This document shows, in pieces, positions 60,261 through 64,000 of a stretch of DNA of 64,000 bases. Below the pieces are notes generated by a model. It did not search any database. It was not told the origin of the DNA and saw only the letters and a program-made list of their open reading frames with translations. Numbering within the stretch: the first letter of the stretch is position 1; each line of letters opens with the position of its first letter. The translations under genes were made by a program, and so were the position numbers. Source of the DNA: an uncultured Methylomirabilota bacterium (GTDB taxonomy: Bacteria; Methylomirabilota; Methylomirabilia; Methylomirabilales; 2-02-FULL-66-22); assembly GCA_963845565.1 (NCBI GenBank), contig CAWJSJ010000002.1, positions 96,001 through 160,000 of the forward strand, given 5' to 3'.

Positions 60261-60388
60261 GCGAGCTCTCCTCCCTGCGCCCCACGCCGAAGCATACCCT
60301 AGCACCCCGGCAGAGAGAGTCAAGCCCGCTCGGCAGGCCGCTTGTGTTCATCGACAACCGGTTCGGAAAAGCGGTGCGACGGTTCGCG

Positions 60389-60655
60389 TCACCCGCCGCT
60401 CAGGGCCCCCAGGATGTGAACCCGCTCACCGGCGCCGATGGGGTGCTGCAGATCACGCGCCAGCTCATTACCGACGAAGAAGTTCATGTGGGGGCGGATG
60501 CGGTCCTGTTCGTCAATCACGCGGAACCGGATACCGGGATACTGCGACTCCAGGTCGAGCATCAACTCGGCGAGGTTCCCGCCCTCCGCGGTCACCTCGG
60601 CCTGCCCGTCGGTATAGGAGCGGACGTGGGACGAAAGATACACTTTCACCGGCAT
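60389..60655 (-). CDS. MoaD/ThiS-family ubiquitin-like protein
   Basis: L....PG...R..D......H.NFFV; C-terminal ALSGG. Confidence 0.92.
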   Translation of the reverse strand: MPVKVYLSSHVRSYTDGQAEVTAEGGNLAELMLDLESQYPGIRFRVIDEQDRIRPHMNFFVGNELARDLQHPIGAGERVHILGALSGG

Positions 60656-60686
60656 CGTCGTGATTCTCCCTGGCATTCCGCCGCGC

Positions 60687-61892
60687 CTATCGCACAAGCG
60701 CCTCGATCGCCAGCACTGGAGGAAGATGCGAGGCGACCTGTCGCCAGCTCTCGCCTTCATCCCGACTCCCCCAGACCTCGCCGGTGGTGGTGCCGAGATA
60801 GAGCCCGACGGGGTCCTGCGTGTCGCACGTCATGGCTTGGCGGAATACCGTGAGCCACCCGTGCGCAGTGGGAAACCCCGTGGCGCCGCGACTCCAGTTT
60901 CGGCCGCCGTCTCGACTGCGGAACACGGCAGGGCGGCCGCCCGGCGCCGTGCGCGGCCAGACCGACGTGCCGTCCATGGGAAAGACCCACACGGTGTCCG
61001 GGTCCCGCGGATGCGCGACGATGGGAAAACCGACGTCCCCCACCTCGGCCGGCAGGTTCCGTCCGATCCGCTCCCAGCGCACGGCCGGGCGGTCCAGCCG
61101 GTACACCCCGCAGTGATTCTGCTGGTAAAGACGGTCGGGATCGGCCGGGCTCAGGACCATGCAGTGGGGGTCCTGGCCGAACTCGGGGTCCGGGTCCGGT
61201 AGGAAATCGGCCGAAACGCCCTGGTTCAGGGGGCGCCAGCTCGCGCCGGCATCGGCGGTCTCGAAGGATCCCCCTGTGGAAAGGGAGACGTACAGGTGGT
61301 TGGGGTCGCGTGGGTCCACCAGGATTGAATGTGTGATTGCCCCTCCTGGCGTGGGGAAGAAGCGGGGCGGTTTCTGCTGGCGGAGCCCGTCCAGGTAGTC
61401 GCTGAACCCGACGACCAGTTCCCAGCTCACGCCGCCGTCCTCTGAACGGAACAGCGCGTGGGGTACCGACCCCGCCCACCAGACGCCCGGCTGGCTCGCG
61501 TGCCCTGGAGCGAGACAGAAGACTCGGTCCAGCGCCGGCCCGTTCTGCCCCTCTGACACCTTGGGAAACGCCGGTGGCCGCCGCGCCTCGCTCCAGCCTT
61601 GCCCCCCATCGGTGGAACGGAAGATTGTCGGACCCAGGTGGCCGGTCTTCGCCGCCAAGAGCCAGGTTGTCCCGTCGCGCGGATCGCTCGTCAGATGATT
61701 GGTCTCGTGCCCCAGGAAGTGCGGCTCCTCGATCCGCCAGGCCCGTCGCAACGAATCGCCTCGCAGCACGAACGCACCCTTGCGCGTCGCCACGAGGAGA
61801 TCGACGTGACGTCGCACACGCCCCGACCGAACCGCAGCGATGCCTCGTGACCCCGACCTCGTTCCTGTCGTCTGCTTCGCCTCCGCCATCAT
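60687..61892 (-). CDS. BNR/Asp-box beta-propeller (sialidase/VPS10-like) protein
   Basis: LLVATRKG; repeated S.DGG.SW Asp boxes; QNHCGVY; no signal peptide. Confidence 0.9.
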   Translation of the reverse strand: MMAEAKQTTGTRSGSRGIAAVRSGRVRRHVDLLVATRKGAFVLRGDSLRRAWRIEEPHFLGHETNHLTSDPRDGTTWLLAAKTGHLGPTIFRSTDGGQGWSEARRPPAFPKVSEGQNGPALDRVFCLAPGHASQPGVWWAGSVPHALFRSEDGGVSWELVVGFSDYLDGLRQQKPPRFFPTPGGAITHSILVDPRDPNHLYVSLSTGGSFETADAGASWRPLNQGVSADFLPDPDPEFGQDPHCMVLSPADPDRLYQQNHCGVYRLDRPAVRWERIGRNLPAEVGDVGFPIVAHPRDPDTVWVFPMDGTSVWPRTAPGGRPAVFRSRDGGRNWSRGATGFPTAHGWLTVFRQAMTCDTQDPVGLYLGTTTGEVWGSRDEGESWRQVASHLPPVLAIEALVR

Positions 61893-62160
61893 GCCTCCCC
61901 CCCGTTGCGACGACGCCGGGAACGGCGGCGGCCGGCCCGGATTTCGCAACGGCCTAACGACGATCTACGCCGCGTATCGCGCCACCCGGAAAGCCCGCGG
62001 GCGCGCCCTGCATCACGAATATGGGTACCAGAGGTATGGGCACCTCCTTGTCGGAAGGAGAACTGTGCGAGAGAATGCGGTTTGCGGGAGGGGGTGAGAA
62101 CAGCCTAGCCGAGGAACGGCCGAAGGTCAACGGTTTGGTCCGGGCCCGCGACAACAGTTA

Positions 62161-62201
62161 AGCCCGGATTATTCACGAATTCTCTGTGAATAATCCGGGC
62201 T
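62161..62201. repeat. 16-bp perfect inverted repeat (terminator or REP-like element)
   Basis: AGCCCGGATTATTCAC-N9-GTGAATAATCCGGGCT overlapping the methyltransferase stop codon. Confidence 0.85.
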
Positions 62202-62781
62202 AGGGAACTCCGATCCGCCAGAGATAGATGTTTCGCGTGATTCCCGCCTCATCCAGGAGCGGACGGACGACATCGGGGCTCCAGTCGCCCATGTCGAAAT
62301 CGTGAGAGACGACGCGTGCGCCCGGTCGCAGTTGAGTCCGTATGGCAGGCCGGAGTTTCAGGTTGGCGTCCCGGCTGAGATAGATGGTCACGACCGTCGC
62401 CGGAGACAGATCCACCGTCAAGACATCCTGCTGCCGGAATTCCACGAGGTGCGCGACGCCGGCCTGGCGGGCGCTTTCGCTGGACCGGCGGACCAGGTCC
62501 GCGTCCAATTCGAACCCCACACCCCTGGCGCCGTAGAGCCGGGCGGCCGCGATGACGATCCGCCCGTCTCCGGAGCCGAGGTCAAAGATCACATCGTCCT
62601 TCCCGACGTTGGCCAGCCGGAGCATCTCCTCGGCAATCATCTCCGGCGAGGCCACAAAGGGAGCCAGCGACGCCGGGTCGCGCGGCACCGGACGCCCGAC
62701 GTCACCGCACCCCGCGATCAGCGCAACGGCCACCGCGGTCCACGCCACGACTCGGAATCTACGGATCGGTTGCGGATACAT
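62200..62781 (-). CDS. Class I SAM-dependent methyltransferase with lipoprotein-like signal
   Basis: PFVASP, DLGSGDGRIV, G.E.D..L, ATVVTIYL, L.PG.RVVSH.F; N-terminal IAGC lipobox. Confidence 0.9.
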   Translation of the reverse strand: MYPQPIRRFRVVAWTAVAVALIAGCGDVGRPVPRDPASLAPFVASPEMIAEEMLRLANVGKDDVIFDLGSGDGRIVIAAARLYGARGVGFELDADLVRRSSESARQAGVAHLVEFRQQDVLTVDLSPATVVTIYLSRDANLKLRPAIRTQLRPGARVVSHDFDMGDWSPDVVRPLLDEAGITRNIYLWRIGVP

Positions 62782-63005
62782 CGCCAATCGGCTCCTCGCC
62801 CACCGAGGGGGTTGTACGGGTCGTTGCGTAGGGCGGCGCGGTACCCGGTGCATCTCGGTCGCACGCCGCCTCGGTCGTGCGTTCGCACATCGCGCCTGAC
62901 CGCGTGAGCGAAATCGGCCAGGCTACTCGCGACCCGCGGATGGCTGTGTCTCTTCCTCCGGGAATAGGGTAAGATACGCACGGTCATTTCGCAACAGGAG
63001 GAGCG

Positions 63006-63425
63006 ATGGAGCGCATCCAGGAGATCTTCCAGGGCGATCGGTTGATTCAGGACTTCGGCATGACGCTGGTGGAGGCACGCGAGGGATACGCCAAGGTATC
63101 CGTCGGCGTGGCGGAGCGCTTCCTGAATGCCCACCGCATCGGACATGGCGTTCTGCTGTTCGCGGTCGCCGACGCCGCCTTTGCCCTCGCCGTGAATGCC
63201 GCCGCCGACGCCGTCGGCATCCAGTGGAGCCTGAACGCCTTCCGAGCGGCGCGGCCCGGTGAAACCGTGATCGGCGAGGCTGAGGTGATCCACGCAGGCC
63301 GCCAGTCCCTGGTGTGCGCGCTCACCGTCACAACCGGCGAAGGCCGCGTCCTCGCCAAGGGCCAGGCCACGGCCCTCCCCGTCACCCCCGCAGCGTTGGC
63401 CGGACGAGGGGCGAAATTGCGGTAG
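63006..63425 (+). CDS. PaaI-like hotdog-fold thioesterase
   Basis: GGAGG RBS; FLN...IGHG.LLFAVAD.A; G....AEV...GR. Confidence 0.9.
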   Translation: MERIQEIFQGDRLIQDFGMTLVEAREGYAKVSVGVAERFLNAHRIGHGVLLFAVADAAFALAVNAAADAVGIQWSLNAFRAARPGETVIGEAEVIHAGRQSLVCALTVTTGEGRVLAKGQATALPVTPAALAGRGAKLR

Positions 63426-63671
63426 TTCCTCCCATGCCGCCACCCGCGCTTCCTCCCTGTGCGCGCGCTCGCCCTCCCGATACACGCGCACGGCGACGCA
63501 CGCTGACACTGTCCTTGTTGGGTGCGGTGAGTCAAAGCCGCCCTTGAGCGCGTCACCCGGATAGACCAGTTCCGGCGAGGTGTTGCCGGGGGTCGCGGTT
63601 TCGACTAGAATGCCGCGACTCACGAGTTCACTTAAACTGCCCCGTGGGGGGGCCGCGACCAGGAGGATCCG

Positions 63672-64000
63672 ATGATGGCACGTGTCAAAGATGGCGACCG
63701 CGCGGCGTTGCTTCGCGAGGCGGAAGCGGTACTCGCGGCCCATGGCGACAAATCGAACTGCGCCGAGCGCGTGTTCCTGGCGCTTCGCGCGATCACGGAG
63801 ACCGACATTCCGCCCGAAGCGGTCTGCTTGCTCACCGGGCTGGGGGGCGGTGTCGGTGGAGCGCGAGAGGGCACCTGCGGGGCCATCACGGGGGGCGTGG
63901 CGGCGCTGGGACTCATCCACGGACGGCGTAACCCGCCGGACGGCGATCGGCTCTGGACCTACGAAGTCTGCCGGGATTTCGTCGCCCGGTTTCAGACCAG
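63672..64000 (+). CDS. C-GCAxxG-C-C family putative redox protein (runs off the window)
   Basis: AGGAGG RBS; own translation ...SNCAERV...LTGLGGGVGG..EGTCGAITGG..ALGL..GR. Confidence 0.85.
   Translation, partial: MMARVKDGDRAALLREAEAVLAAHGDKSNCAERVFLALRAITETDIPPEAVCLLTGLGGGVGGAREGTCGAITGGVAALGLIHGRRNPPDGDRLWTYEVCRDFVARFQT

Overview
GC-rich bacterial chromosomal window. Tandem ABC_sub_bind genes, multi-GAF kinases and a small 'DRR' protein suggest Methylomirabilota/Rokubacteria (inference). No rRNA, tRNA, CRISPR array or transposase was recognised. Best-supported hidden system: three genes that the ORF track splits because an in-frame TGA sits exactly at the catalytic Cys position, i.e. candidate exported selenoproteins. 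They are a Cys-free peroxiredoxin (16682-17233), a translationally coupled TlpA-like thioredoxin with a UxxC site and a clear SECIS-like hairpin (17230-17769), and a second Sec-peroxiredoxin paralogue (30917-31470). Other content, in order: an FHA-EAL/HEAT-repeat signalling locus; a 9.5-kb run of envelope proteins (TMTC-like transferase, DD-carboxypeptidase, DUF3617, papain-like protein, Cys-pair protein, CsgG-Q/P/G-OmpA fusion, PEGA); a QueT-type ECF transporter; aminotransferase, FAD oxidoreductase and Dpp-type ABC genes, with a perfect 42-bp palindrome between the first two; an NtrC regulator followed by a sigma-54 promoter and a vanadium haloperoxidase-like gene; an array of ABC substrate-binding genes leading into two GAF-rich histidine kinases; a trypsin-rhodanese-PilZ fusion; and assorted enzymes. 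Many small frameshifts (mainly 30.9-41 kb) are probably long-read consensus errors. Family names come from motifs recognised by eye; no database search was run.
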